Shown here piece by piece: positions 39,895-49,277 of a stretch of DNA of 58,902 nucleotides. Within the stretch, counting starts at the first letter, position 1; each line of letters begins with the position of its first letter. The translations under genes and the position numbers were made by a program. Below the pieces are notes generated by a model that was not told the origin of the DNA, ran no database searches, and saw only the letters and a program-made list of their open reading frames with translations. The stretch is from a virus. Lineage: Duplodnaviria; Caudoviricetes. The stretch spans positions 1 through 58,902 of the IMG/VR virus record IMGVR_UViG_3300020200_000033; one strand, given 5' to 3'.

Positions 39895-40248
39895 ATGCCT
39901 AAATTTGATCAATACTATATTGTAGAATTTAGACTACCAGTTAAAGTAGATTCTATTAATTCCGTACAAGAAGCAGTTAGTAGAGCAAAACAAATGTGTG
40001 AAAATGAGTTTGGTTTTAAACCAGACAATTGGAACGCAAGAATATTTGAATATTCAACCGGCCAAAACAAAATTGGTCATCTTAAAGAATACTTTTATAA
40101 TCCAAATTCTTCCAATTACAGAGAATTAACAAAGAATATAGAATACTTTAATGATATTATACAGAAAGGAATGACCATTGCTGAATTTGAAAAAGCAATT
40201 ATTAGAGGCGATATTGGAAATGGAAAGAAAGGAGATGGTGATATATGA
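39895..40248 (+). CDS. Hypothetical protein
   Basis: Abutting chain. Confidence 0.68.
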   Translation: MPKFDQYYIVEFRLPVKVDSINSVQEAVSRAKQMCENEFGFKPDNWNARIFEYSTGQNKIGHLKEYFYNPNSSNYRELTKNIEYFNDIIQKGMTIAEFEKAIIRGDIGNGKKGDGDI

Positions 40249-40384
40249 TTACAAACAAGTCAGAAATACTTTAATTGGACAAAGTAGATTTGATTTGGTA
40301 GAATGGATAGATAACAATCGTATTGAATATACAAGGGCAATATTAAACAAGGAACATCAACTGATAGGATTTTATTATGAATGA
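40220..40384 (+). CDS. Hypothetical protein (start uncertain)
   Basis: Abutting chain. Confidence 0.55.
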   Translation: MERKEMVIYDYKQVRNTLIGQSRFDLVEWIDNNRIEYTRAILNKEHQLIGFYYE

Positions 40385-40757
40385 AGATTTTAAATGGGAA
40401 CCAGATGAACAAAATTTGAGTACAAATGATACTCTGTATACAGATTTCATTGCTCAATTAGTTTCTAGCTGGTTTACATCAAACACAAAAATTATTGGAT
40501 CCGTTTGCAAAAGCATAGGTAACGATATTGCGCATAACCCTAGTGGTATGCCAGGTCTATTATTTGGCTGTATGCTACACATTACGACTTTGATAGAAAA
40601 AATTGCAACAGAAAAAGGTATTAGTGCCAGAGAAGCCTGGTCGCAATATTTGGAAGAATACAATACAGATATTCGTCTTAGAATGGCAAATATTTCAATT
40701 CTTCACCCAAATCTTGCAGATAAGTTTGGCGAAGCACTATTTAAAGAAGATGAGTAA
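40377..40757 (+). CDS. Hypothetical protein
   Basis: AGGA RBS; abutting. Confidence 0.68.
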   Translation: MNEDFKWEPDEQNLSTNDTLYTDFIAQLVSSWFTSNTKIIGSVCKSIGNDIAHNPSGMPGLLFGCMLHITTLIEKIATEKGISAREAWSQYLEEYNTDIRLRMANISILHPNLADKFGEALFKEDE

Positions 40758-40878
40758 AGGAGGCTGATTATTATATCTAGATTAAGAAAGCGAAAGTAAA
40801 GTTGTTGATTTGCTTTCGGTTTCTTCTAAATGCTAATGCTAATGCGTTACAACGCAAACCCTAAAACTTTGGAGGAAA

Positions 40879-41412
40879 ATGAAGATAAAATCATCACCAA
40901 TACTTGGCACTATTGGTTTAATATATTGCGCTCTAATTGGTTTAGTAATTGGTCATACAACCACAAAAGGCTATTACAAATCATTAGAGCCGGAAATAGT
41001 TACTAAATATGTTGTACAACAAGTTGTCGTTGAAGTTGAAAAACCAATTGTTGAAAAACCAACTTATGTGCAAGAGCAAAAGATACTATCAGAAATCAAT
41101 AACGCGATTCCTCAAGATTTAACGAAAAGATGTCCTACTTGGGAAAATGAACTAAGGAATAGGGGCTTCCCTGTCGAATTGTTTTCCTATATTATGTGGA
41201 GAGAAAGTCGTTGTAATCCCAAAGCTCACAACAAAACATTAAATCGTGATAAATCTCAAGATCGCGGTTTATTACAGATTAATTCAACTTGGCAAAAAGT
41301 CACTAAAGATATTTGTGGCACAAACCTTGATGGATTATTTAAGCCCGACTGTAATCTAAAGGTTGCGAAATATCTTTACGATAATGGTGGGGCTAAACAT
41401 TGGTCAATGTAA
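40879..41412 (+). CDS. Membrane-anchored SLT-like lytic transglycosylase
   Basis: N-terminal TM; IMWRESRCNP..DRGLLQIN..NLKVAKYLY..W; GGAGG RBS. Confidence 0.85.
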   Translation: MKIKSSPILGTIGLIYCALIGLVIGHTTTKGYYKSLEPEIVTKYVVQQVVVEVEKPIVEKPTYVQEQKILSEINNAIPQDLTKRCPTWENELRNRGFPVELFSYIMWRESRCNPKAHNKTLNRDKSQDRGLLQINSTWQKVTKDICGTNLDGLFKPDCNLKVAKYLYDNGGAKHWSM

Positions 41413-41443
41413 TAATAATCAACTCACAGAAAGTAGATAATGT

Positions 41444-41944
41444 ATGGGATATTATGTCCGAATTGACGAGCACGACTTTAAAATTGCAAAGAAAGACTTT
41501 AAAAAAGCATATGAAGCGTGTGTTGCTCTAAACGATAGAGATGATTTAAAGTCAGGTGGTGGGGGAAGTTTTACTCTGCCAAATGGTAAAGCAATGAAAT
41601 ATGGTGATCCTCGACCAAAAGGTATGAGTTATCATCCAATGAAATGGTTTAGTTGGATGGAACCTAATTATCCAGAAATTTGTAAAACACTAAACGATAT
41701 ATTGGATGCACTTGGCTTTGAAACTGATTATGATAATAAAGGCAATATTATCGGCCTTGCTTATGATAACAAAGTTGGTGATGAGACATATTTTCTCCAA
41801 GCAATTGCTCCATTTGTAAAAACGGGATCGTTTATTACTTGGGTTGGAGAAGATGATACATATTGGAAGCAGATATTTAATGGTAAAAAAATGATAACAA
41901 AGACTGGACGTGTGGTATACGAAAAAGTATTAGATGACGAATAA
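41444..41944 (+). CDS. Conserved phage hypothetical protein
   Basis: MGY..WFSWM..IAPFVKTGSFITWVGED. Confidence 0.72.
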   Translation: MGYYVRIDEHDFKIAKKDFKKAYEACVALNDRDDLKSGGGGSFTLPNGKAMKYGDPRPKGMSYHPMKWFSWMEPNYPEICKTLNDILDALGFETDYDNKGNIIGLAYDNKVGDETYFLQAIAPFVKTGSFITWVGEDDTYWKQIFNGKKMITKTGRVVYEKVLDDE

Positions 41945-41947
41945 GGT

Positions 41948-42123
41948 TTGAAATACAAGCAGACGCTCTCTAACGGCTGAAAAGAGTTTTTGTTTAATCC
42001 CAAAAACTCGTTTTTGCATATTATATAAAAGTGTAGTTGAGTGCACTTTTGCAAACAGAAGTTCTCTAGCTGCTGAAAAGGGTTTTGTGTCGGATTAACA
42101 CAAAACTCGTTCTTGTATTTCAA
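41948..42123 (+). ncRNA. Candidate structured RNA 1 (pseudo-symmetric, kissing loops)
   Basis: 12-bp closing stem, two homologous hairpin pairs with a compensatory change, complementary loops TAATCC/GGATTA; G-U pairs favour the + strand. Confidence 0.65.
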
Positions 42124-42176
42124 TAATAAGAGCTATGCGGAATAAGTGAATGCGAGACATTCGTTTCCGTATAACT

Positions 42177-42386
42177 TTTATTAGTATTATTGGTTAGAGA
42201 TAGGCTACGGTATCCCTTTCAACCTTAAGGAAATTGTGCATTATTATATGTCCCCGAATTTATGTTGTTCTGATTCGGGTATCCACTCCCCTTATGGAAA
42301 TGGCAGTATAATAATGTCAAGCTACCTTTAACCGTTGTGGTTAAGCAAACAATTTCTGCTTATCTCTAGCCAATAGTGTTAATAAA
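42177..42386 (+). ncRNA. Candidate structured RNA 2 (29-bp closing stem, multibranch)
   Basis: 42177-42205 pairs with 42358-42386 with no mismatch (5 G-U); nested internal stems. Confidence 0.65.
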
Positions 42387-42398
42387 GAAAGGAATATT

Positions 42399-42635
42399 AT
42401 GGCAAAAAGCGAATCAATGGCTCTATTAGAAATAATGGAGATTGTATCTATGCCGGGTGAAATATATTCAGATGGCGATTGTTTAGATATGATCATTAAT
42501 GTTCTAGAAGAAGCCGGCCTTCCTGTAAAGGAAGAGATGAAAAGAATGCAAGAAGAATTTAGAAAGAATCAAGAATTAAAATGGGAAAATTTGGAACGGG
42601 AAGAAATCGTCAGGAAACTACAAGGAAGTAAATAA
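42399..42635 (+). CDS. Hypothetical protein
   Basis: AAGGA RBS; YSDGDCLD. Confidence 0.68.
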   Translation: MAKSESMALLEIMEIVSMPGEIYSDGDCLDMIINVLEEAGLPVKEEMKRMQEEFRKNQELKWENLEREEIVRKLQGSK

Positions 42636-42717
42636 TGGAGACAATACTTGCATTTATAATTGGGTTTCTATTAGCATCAATGATTGCATTATCAATTTCA
42701 AACAAAGGAGATAAAGA

Positions 42718-43134
42718 ATGACAACAATAAAAGATGAACTTGCAAATCTTAAAACAGATGAGCAAGTCTACAAATATGTAAGAGATTTTTTAATTAATCA
42801 AAATAAGAAATCGGAAAATACAAATGACGGTTGTGCTTATCGTGGAGAAGATGGTACAAAATGTGCTGTTGGTTGTCTTATCTTAGATGAATTTTATTCA
42901 GATGAATTTGAGGGTGGATTGCCAAATGAAAGGCTGGGAACAAGAGGTAAAAGAATTGTAGAAGCTATTTGCAAATCTCTTCCAAATTGGATATTCAATA
43001 TAAGTCTATTAGAGAATGTTCAAGAGATACACGACAATTATGAACCATACGCTTGGCAATACGAATTCAATCGTAGAGAAGAAAAATACGGTTGGTTTAC
43101 ATATCATTACTACAAAAATAAGGAGAATGTATGA
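42718..43134 (+). CDS. Hypothetical protein, CxY..KCAVG..IHD family (paralog 1)
   Basis: CAYRGEDGTKCAVGCLI..QEIHD. Confidence 0.75.
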   Translation: MTTIKDELANLKTDEQVYKYVRDFLINQNKKSENTNDGCAYRGEDGTKCAVGCLILDEFYSDEFEGGLPNERLGTRGKRIVEAICKSLPNWIFNISLLENVQEIHDNYEPYAWQYEFNRREEKYGWFTYHYYKNKENV

Positions 43135-43583
43135 CAGCATTTAGCCAAAATTTTCTAACGCAACTTAGCACCGATAAACAGGTGTGGCTTTGGGTTAAGG
43201 AAAGACTCACTGATCAAAAATCAAAGTCCTTTGATGAAGATGGTCATTGTGTCTATAAATCAGACACAGGATTAAAGTGTGCAGTTGGTCATCTAATAGA
43301 GCCAATTTTCTATGACGAAGAAATTGAAGGACACGCAATTTATAGCCATGAAGTTCAAAATATAATTAAAAAATCTGTTCCAAATTGGCAAATGAATGAA
43401 ATGCTCTTAAACAAACTTCAATGTATTCACGATAGTATGAGTCCATTTCATTGGGAAGAGGCTTTTGATGAACTTTGGTTTGATGAAAATGATAATTACA
43501 TTCATACCACAAGTGGATTTGCGCAATATCAGTTAACTAAGTGGAATATGGAAAAGAAAGTGGCAAGCAGTGCGACACTTTAA
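43131..43583 (+). CDS. Hypothetical protein, CxY..KCAVG..IHD family (paralog 2)
   Basis: CVYKSDTGLKCAVGHLI..LQCIHD. Confidence 0.75.
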   Translation: MTAFSQNFLTQLSTDKQVWLWVKERLTDQKSKSFDEDGHCVYKSDTGLKCAVGHLIEPIFYDEEIEGHAIYSHEVQNIIKKSVPNWQMNEMLLNKLQCIHDSMSPFHWEEAFDELWFDENDNYIHTTSGFAQYQLTKWNMEKKVASSATL

Positions 43584-43875
43584 TATTGAACCACATTATT
43601 CATTAGAATTGGTAAATGACTGGTATCTTGTTTGGGATTATCAAAGATCAAGTCCTAGTTTTCCAATTACTGATGAGAAAGTTTTGACTGTAAAAATATG
43701 GGAGTCGTCAGCCTTTGACAAAAGAAATCAAAGCACACTCAATTCTATGTTCGCCTATGCTGAGGTATCAGATGAAGCAGATGGTGAACTATGGCATCAA
43801 TCATTTTTTGGTGAAAAATCTGGTCACGATGCTTTTAAATGGGCAAATGACAAAGCAGACAAGGAACTAAACTAA
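43570..43875 (+). CDS. Hypothetical protein
   Basis: Abutting chain. Confidence 0.65.
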   Translation: MRHFNIEPHYSLELVNDWYLVWDYQRSSPSFPITDEKVLTVKIWESSAFDKRNQSTLNSMFAYAEVSDEADGELWHQSFFGEKSGHDAFKWANDKADKELN

Positions 43876-44177
43876 TGTATATTGACCTAGAAAATTATAA
43901 AACGATAGAAAACTTATCGGCTATGGTTGAAGATTTACGCAAAGAAGCGTATGCGATAGCAGGGTTTGAAAAGGCTATAATTAATTTCGTACAATCGGCG
44001 TATGATTTAACAGCGCATTGGGAGAACCTTCCAAAAAATATTGAGCCGCATATTACTATGTCTACTCGTTATCCTTTTGAAATGTCATTTGATGAACTTG
44101 TTTATGAAATGGGTATTTGGCTAGAAGCAACACAATCAAGAATACAATTATGGAAAGAAGGTAAATTAGATGTCTGA
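43875..44177 (+). CDS. Hypothetical protein
   Basis: AAGGA RBS; YPFEMSFDE. Confidence 0.68.
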   Translation: MYIDLENYKTIENLSAMVEDLRKEAYAIAGFEKAIINFVQSAYDLTAHWENLPKNIEPHITMSTRYPFEMSFDELVYEMGIWLEATQSRIQLWKEGKLDV

Positions 44178-44460
44178 AAGACACGGAAATATAGACAGAG
44201 AAGAACATTATTATGTTATTAAAGCGTGGCAAGATGATGATGGTAATAAATACTATCTATTTGATCACGATACTTGTGCCGTTAGGTTTTCGGACGGCCC
44301 AATTTTTAATAATCAATTAGGAATATGGATTAAAGCAAAAGACAACATCAAAGATGATGAATTTTGCGACGATATCTGGAGCAAATTGAATATGGATAAG
44401 GCAGCAGAAAAGATAATTATGGAGGTACAAGATGCCATTGAAGCGACAGAAAAAGGCTGA
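44170..44460 (+). CDS. Hypothetical protein
   Basis: Abutting chain. Confidence 0.65.
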   Translation: MSERHGNIDREEHYYVIKAWQDDDGNKYYLFDHDTCAVRFSDGPIFNNQLGIWIKAKDNIKDDEFCDDIWSKLNMDKAAEKIIMEVQDAIEATEKG

Positions 44461-44761
44461 GCAAAAGCAAGATGCCAAGACTGAATTTGAAGCAAGAATT
44501 CAGAGTCACATCAATTCACAGTATTCTTTGATTATGCCGGTAAAAGATGATACGGTCATTTGGATCAAGAATCCAGAAAATGCGAATCTTGTCAAATTGA
44601 AAGTCAATTCTGAAGAATACTATGACTTTCTTGACAAACTTATTGGCTATGGCCTTCAAGAAAAATTAGACAAAGATTTTGCTTGGGCAAGCCGATTTGG
44701 CAATAAATATAATGAATCATGGTTAGAATATAAAAACAAAAAAATAAAACAAGGAGAATAA
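44432..44761 (+). CDS. Hypothetical protein
   Basis: GGAGG RBS. Confidence 0.68.
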   Translation: MPLKRQKKAEQKQDAKTEFEARIQSHINSQYSLIMPVKDDTVIWIKNPENANLVKLKVNSEEYYDFLDKLIGYGLQEKLDKDFAWASRFGNKYNESWLEYKNKKIKQGE

Positions 44762-44762
44762 A

Positions 44763-45617
44763 ATGAAACAGTCAGAAATAGACATAGAAAAAATTGATCT
44801 GCAAGGTATGCTTGAAATATACGGCGATTATTATACCAAGAGATACACTGATAATTGTGAAAGTTCAAATATAAGATATGATCAATTGCAAACTGCTCTG
44901 AGTGCAAAAATGTATCGCGTACAGCAGCCAGATTACAATCAAGAAGCCTTTGATCGAGTTATTAAAGCTATTGAGTTGAATGGACTAACAAACTTCAATA
45001 TGACAACATTTTGGGGTAAAATTTCTTCTGCTGTATTTAAAAGAAATGAAAATAATGAACTAGATAGTCCAATTCATAAACTTAGTATGCATTATAGCGA
45101 GTGCTCTACTACTAAAAATATTCTTGATTCTTTTACTAACTCATTCAATTGTGATAGCGTAGGCTGTATTGCTGGCTTTGCTATGGCAGAAGCAGTAAAT
45201 TGGAAACAACCAAAATGGCTTAGAGAAGATTCAAGAGATTATCTTGAAGCATTTGAAGGTATTGCTTGCGCTTTTCTAAATATTCCGATACAGACTGGCG
45301 CAAAACTATTCTATGGTGATGGTGGGTGCATTTGGTCTTTTCTTACGTATCACGAACCAGAAAATTATGGTAGTTTAGAATGGGAAACTAGTGAGGACAT
45401 TGATTACCTCAATTGTGAATATCCTGATCAATGGACAGATGAAGCAATTGCATTGTCATCTATTTCGTTTAAAGAAGCATCGGATGCTTTGCGAAGACTT
45501 GCAAGTGGTGAAATCCTTATTGATAGCACTAATGATTTTCGACCACGCTATTCTAAAGAGCAGAAACAAAAGTTCCTAAACAAGCAATCCAGAGGGCGAG
45601 GAAAAAATAATGGCTGA
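44763..45617 (+). CDS. Hypothetical protein, FNM..CDSVGCIAG family (paralog 1)
   Basis: FNMTTFWG..FNCDSVGCIAGFA. Confidence 0.75.
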   Translation: MKQSEIDIEKIDLQGMLEIYGDYYTKRYTDNCESSNIRYDQLQTALSAKMYRVQQPDYNQEAFDRVIKAIELNGLTNFNMTTFWGKISSAVFKRNENNELDSPIHKLSMHYSECSTTKNILDSFTNSFNCDSVGCIAGFAMAEAVNWKQPKWLREDSRDYLEAFEGIACAFLNIPIQTGAKLFYGDGGCIWSFLTYHEPENYGSLEWETSEDIDYLNCEYPDQWTDEAIALSSISFKEASDALRRLASGEILIDSTNDFRPRYSKEQKQKFLNKQSRGRGKNNG

Positions 45618-45831
45618 TATAGTAGTTGGTCAAAAAATTACGTCAATACGCCATATGACAAAAGAAGAACTGGTTGATGAAGGTTGGGAATTGTGCAAGC
45701 AAATGTCTACAGTTGCTATTGTTTTATCAAATGGCACAATAATCTATCCATCTGCCGATGATGAAGGTAATGGACCGGGTGTGCTATTTGGTAAAACGAA
45801 AGATGTAGGTGGTATATATATTCACCCATAA
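45610..45831 (+). CDS. Conserved phage hypothetical protein
   Basis: IVVGQKITSIRHMT..PSADDEGNGPGVLF. Confidence 0.72.
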   Translation: MADIVVGQKITSIRHMTKEELVDEGWELCKQMSTVAIVLSNGTIIYPSADDEGNGPGVLFGKTKDVGGIYIHP

Positions 45832-45884
45832 AGTAGTAATGCAATATAAAACAATAAATAACACTAACAAAATAGGAGACAATA

Positions 45885-46706
45885 ATGTTCAAAAGTAGAA
45901 TACTACAAGCAGACAAGGTATCAGACAGGGATATCTTCAACTATATCTCTCAACAAATGCTCAAGCAGGGAGTCAAATCTCAAGAGCAGTGGTATGATGA
46001 AGAAGCAGATATAGTTGAAGATGGCGATAGCTGTCGGTACTTTGGTTATGATCTGAGAACAGAAACAGATTTGAGATGTGCTGTTGGTTGGATTATGAAC
46101 AGGGAAATCTTTGAAAAGTATCAAGATTTGCTTGGCGGTGAACTTGAAGGCAATGGCATCACAAATACAGAACCATTAGAAGTGGTAATTTTGTCAAATG
46201 AAAATTGGCAATTCACCAAAGAGTCTTGGGTGATGCTTAGCATTATGCAAAGAATTCACGATAATGCCAATGAAGCAGATTGGTCAGAAATCTTCTTGAA
46301 TATGTCATATTTGTTTGACTCTAATGGAACATTCTGTCCAAACTATGTGCAAAAAGATTCGTATGGTAATTCAGTTAATCATGAAGCATTGTATGAAGAC
46401 GTACAATATGTAACTGAAAAATCTGATGACGAGGATTGCGTACACTTTGTTGATTTTGAAGAACTTGGTATTTCATTCAAGATTCCACATCATAATCCTA
46501 ATGTTGTTAGCAAAATCAGCGATACTATTCTTGGTCCATCAGATGAATTCAACTCTTGCATTGACAGTAAGGCAATTGGTTTGAATATTCTTGATGCTGA
46601 GGATCAACAAACTGCTGATACAAGTGCTATGAATTTCTTGGATCTTATGGATGCAGTAAGAATTAAGAATCAAGAAAAGGAACTGGTTCCTAATGCTGGA
46701 GAATAA
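45885..46706 (+). CDS. Hypothetical protein, CxY..CAVG..IHD family (paralog 3, extended)
   Basis: CRYFG..LRCAVGWIM..MQRIHD. Confidence 0.75.
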   Translation: MFKSRILQADKVSDRDIFNYISQQMLKQGVKSQEQWYDEEADIVEDGDSCRYFGYDLRTETDLRCAVGWIMNREIFEKYQDLLGGELEGNGITNTEPLEVVILSNENWQFTKESWVMLSIMQRIHDNANEADWSEIFLNMSYLFDSNGTFCPNYVQKDSYGNSVNHEALYEDVQYVTEKSDDEDCVHFVDFEELGISFKIPHHNPNVVSKISDTILGPSDEFNSCIDSKAIGLNILDAEDQQTADTSAMNFLDLMDAVRIKNQEKELVPNAGE

Positions 46707-46762
46707 ATATTATTTCGTTTGGGCTGCAATTCTTTTTCTGTTGTATATAGGATTGAGGAAAT

Positions 46763-46915
46763 ATGCCAGACGAGACTAATGAAGAAAGGTTTGTCTTTGT
46801 CGACAAGGTGAAACTCCTTGTCGGCAAAGACAATACAATTTATGTAAAAAAATGCATAGAGTGTGGTAAAAAACTAACAGCAGAAGAAGCAAGTTATGGA
46901 CACGATTGTGAGTGA
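46763..46915 (+). CDS. Small Zn-finger-like protein (50 aa, not in ORF track)
   Basis: GAGG RBS; KCIECGKKL..EEASYGHDCE. Confidence 0.6.
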   Translation: MPDETNEERFVFVDKVKLLVGKDNTIYVKKCIECGKKLTAEEASYGHDCE

Positions 46916-47087
46916 TAAAATGACGAAATCTAAAGATACCTTAACGAATAAGTTATTGGAGATAAAACAATTAGAAGATGAGAATCACGCTATTGTAATG
47001 CAATCACTCGAAACAGTAACAGAAATTCTTACTACTCTAAACAAAAGAGTATCAGAATTAGAAGCTAGGATGTCAGATTATGAGTGA
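46908..47087 (+). CDS. Coiled-coil hypothetical protein (start uncertain)
   Basis: Abutting chain. Confidence 0.55.
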   Translation: MSDKMTKSKDTLTNKLLEIKQLEDENHAIVMQSLETVTEILTTLNKRVSELEARMSDYE

Positions 47088-47337
47088 AGTTATTGAAATG
47101 GATTATGATGTTTGGTTTGACAAGTATCAGCCATATTGTGAAAATGATCAGATCAAATATTATGAAACATATGGGGAAGATTTTGCTCTCTTAAAGACTG
47201 TAAATCCGCAAAATGTTTGGACGATGCTTGATAATAAATATATCTTAAATGGTCTGTATTTTGTTAACAGATTGGTATATATTATAACAACATTCCCTTG
47301 GGAAAAAGGTCAGGAAATAGAGGTTGAATATGAGTGA
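47080..47337 (+). CDS. Conserved phage hypothetical protein
   Basis: YETYGED..NVWT..FVNRLVYIIT..PW. Confidence 0.72.
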   Translation: MSEVIEMDYDVWFDKYQPYCENDQIKYYETYGEDFALLKTVNPQNVWTMLDNKYILNGLYFVNRLVYIITTFPWEKGQEIEVEYE

Positions 47338-47545
47338 CAAACAAGAATTAATTGACTACTACAAATCAGTGAGACAAGGTATGGATTGTGGAGAAAAAAT
47401 TAGATTCATCCAAGAAATCTTTTACGAATTGCGAGAGCAGGGTATTAGATTGCCTATGGGTGACTATAATGAAGTTGATCGCTATCTATATGAAGTAAGT
47501 AATAGAATACATTCACATACAAACCTAATCATTAAGGAGAAATAA
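47330..47545 (+). CDS. Hypothetical protein
   Basis: GAGG RBS. Confidence 0.62.
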   Translation: MSDKQELIDYYKSVRQGMDCGEKIRFIQEIFYELREQGIRLPMGDYNEVDRYLYEVSNRIHSHTNLIIKEK

Positions 47546-47546
47546 A

Positions 47547-48362
47547 ATGACAAGAATACAAAAACCATCAATTGGCGAACTTGTAAAAGCATTGCAAACT
47601 GTGACAAAATTTGATGAAGCTCATCTTCGCAATAAACACAATGATGCTTGGTTAAAAAGTAAGGCCGTACTTGATAAAAATGCAGAAGCTTTGAAAAAGA
47701 CCAGAGTTGAAGATATAGATAAGGAAAACCTCGCCAGAGTAATTGACCAAATTTTGGCTAATGGAAGAGATCACTTTAATATGTGTACCTTTATGGGTGC
47801 TATTTACCAAGAAGATAGAGAACTTATGTTAGAAGATAGTGGTGAGTTGGATATTAGCAAAATGAGTCCATCAGTATTTAAATCTAGTGGTTTGCTTAGT
47901 CCATACACAAAAACATTCAATTGCGATAGCGTCGGTTGTATTGCTGGTTTTGCATCTGCTATTGCTCTGGATTGGGATGATAAAAAAATTAGTGGTATGG
48001 ATAACAAAATTAATACATACAGAGGTTTTGAACATATTGCCTGCAATTACTTAAATATTGCACTTGGCATTGGCGAACTTATTTTCTTTGGAGAACCCGG
48101 TAGCATATGGTCATTCCTAAAAGTAGAGGCAAGTCCTGATTTTAATGATTTACAATGGGAAGACTCATCAGAGTTTGAAATTGAATCCGGAGAAATATTT
48201 GAAGATGATTGGACAGCGCTTACTGTTGAATTAAACTCAATCAACTATAAGACAGCAGCATCGGCTTTATCTATGATTTTGGAAGGTGAACTTTCATTTC
48301 TGAAAAGTAATGCTGGTTGGCATCCTATGCTAACCGACAGGTTTTACGGTCCACAACTCTAA
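47547..48362 (+). CDS. Hypothetical protein, FNM..CDSVGCIAG family (paralog 2)
   Basis: FNMCTFMG..FNCDSVGCIAGFA. Confidence 0.75.
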   Translation: MTRIQKPSIGELVKALQTVTKFDEAHLRNKHNDAWLKSKAVLDKNAEALKKTRVEDIDKENLARVIDQILANGRDHFNMCTFMGAIYQEDRELMLEDSGELDISKMSPSVFKSSGLLSPYTKTFNCDSVGCIAGFASAIALDWDDKKISGMDNKINTYRGFEHIACNYLNIALGIGELIFFGEPGSIWSFLKVEASPDFNDLQWEDSSEFEIESGEIFEDDWTALTVELNSINYKTAASALSMILEGELSFLKSNAGWHPMLTDRFYGPQL

Positions 48363-48438
48363 AATAAACATTCCCAATATTTGATACAGGTATTCATAAG
48401 GAATATTTTCATAAAACGAACACTTGTTCGGAGGAAAA

Positions 48439-48783
48439 ATGATAGCAAAAAATAATAAGTTTATCCCATCAGTCCCAGAGACATTTGAGGAATATCTATC
48501 TCTACCGGAAAATGTTAGAGATGATCTATCCAATTTTGTTTTGCGCGACGCAGTAAATAAGATAGCCAAAACTACTATTGATCCAGATGACCCAAATGGT
48601 CTTGAGAACGCTCAGGAAGCGTTTAATCAATTTCTAAATGAGCCATACGGGAAATTCCCCAAACAAGGGTTTTTAATTAAACTGGGGCAATCTGGAATGG
48701 ATAGAGCAGAGATATTTATGGACTGGCTCTATGATAAATACATGAAATTAGCCTATGCAATATACAGGAGAATATATGAGTGA
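48439..48783 (+). CDS. Hypothetical protein
   Basis: GGAGG RBS. Confidence 0.68.
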   Translation: MIAKNNKFIPSVPETFEEYLSLPENVRDDLSNFVLRDAVNKIAKTTIDPDDPNGLENAQEAFNQFLNEPYGKFPKQGFLIKLGQSGMDRAEIFMDWLYDKYMKLAYAIYRRIYE

Positions 48784-49030
48784 AGAACACACGGTCAGCG
48801 AAATAATTAAGACGCTACAAAGTACATACAAACCAGAAGAGAAAATCTTAGTAATGTGGTGGGATAGAAGCCTGCCATATTTCGAGCATACGCCATCAGA
48901 AAGTGTATGGGAAAGGGCTCTGGAAAGGATTTCAGATGGGGCCTTGGATTATCCTTCGAGTTTAGTTTGGGATACCATCGCAGAAGAAATTGACCTAATT
49001 TACAAGGAACTAGGAGAAAAATTAAATTAA
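48776..49030 (+). CDS. Hypothetical protein
   Basis: AGGAG RBS. Confidence 0.65.
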   Translation: MSEEHTVSEIIKTLQSTYKPEEKILVMWWDRSLPYFEHTPSESVWERALERISDGALDYPSSLVWDTIAEEIDLIYKELGEKLN

Positions 49031-49031
49031 T

Positions 49032-49277
49032 ATGGACAAGGCAGAAAGACTTAAAAGAAGCAGGGTATTTACAAAAATTGCCGAAATAAGAAAAGATGCG
49101 GCAAATGCAAAGAAATTCGCAGAATTAGATGGTAATTCAGAATATGCTTTTTGGGATGGATATCTTGAAGGAGTAGATTATGTTATGTTTGTACTTCAAG
49201 ACTTGAAATTCCAAAGAAATCAACCAAAACCAAAGAAAGCAAAGGGCAAATCAGATGGCAACAAAAAAACCAAGTGA
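49032..49277 (+). CDS. Hypothetical protein
   Basis: AGGAG RBS; FWDGYLEG. Confidence 0.65.
   Translation: MDKAERLKRSRVFTKIAEIRKDAANAKKFAELDGNSEYAFWDGYLEGVDYVMFVLQDLKFQRNQPKPKKAKGKSDGNKKTK

Noticed and set aside
41977-42012. Hammerhead ribozyme (CTGA followed by a stem)
   Set aside because: Core reads CTGAAAA..GTT, not CUGANGA..GAAA
41761-42123. 120-aa minus-strand ORF
   Set aside because: Antisense to a + strand operon; its repeated peptide only mirrors the RNA repeat
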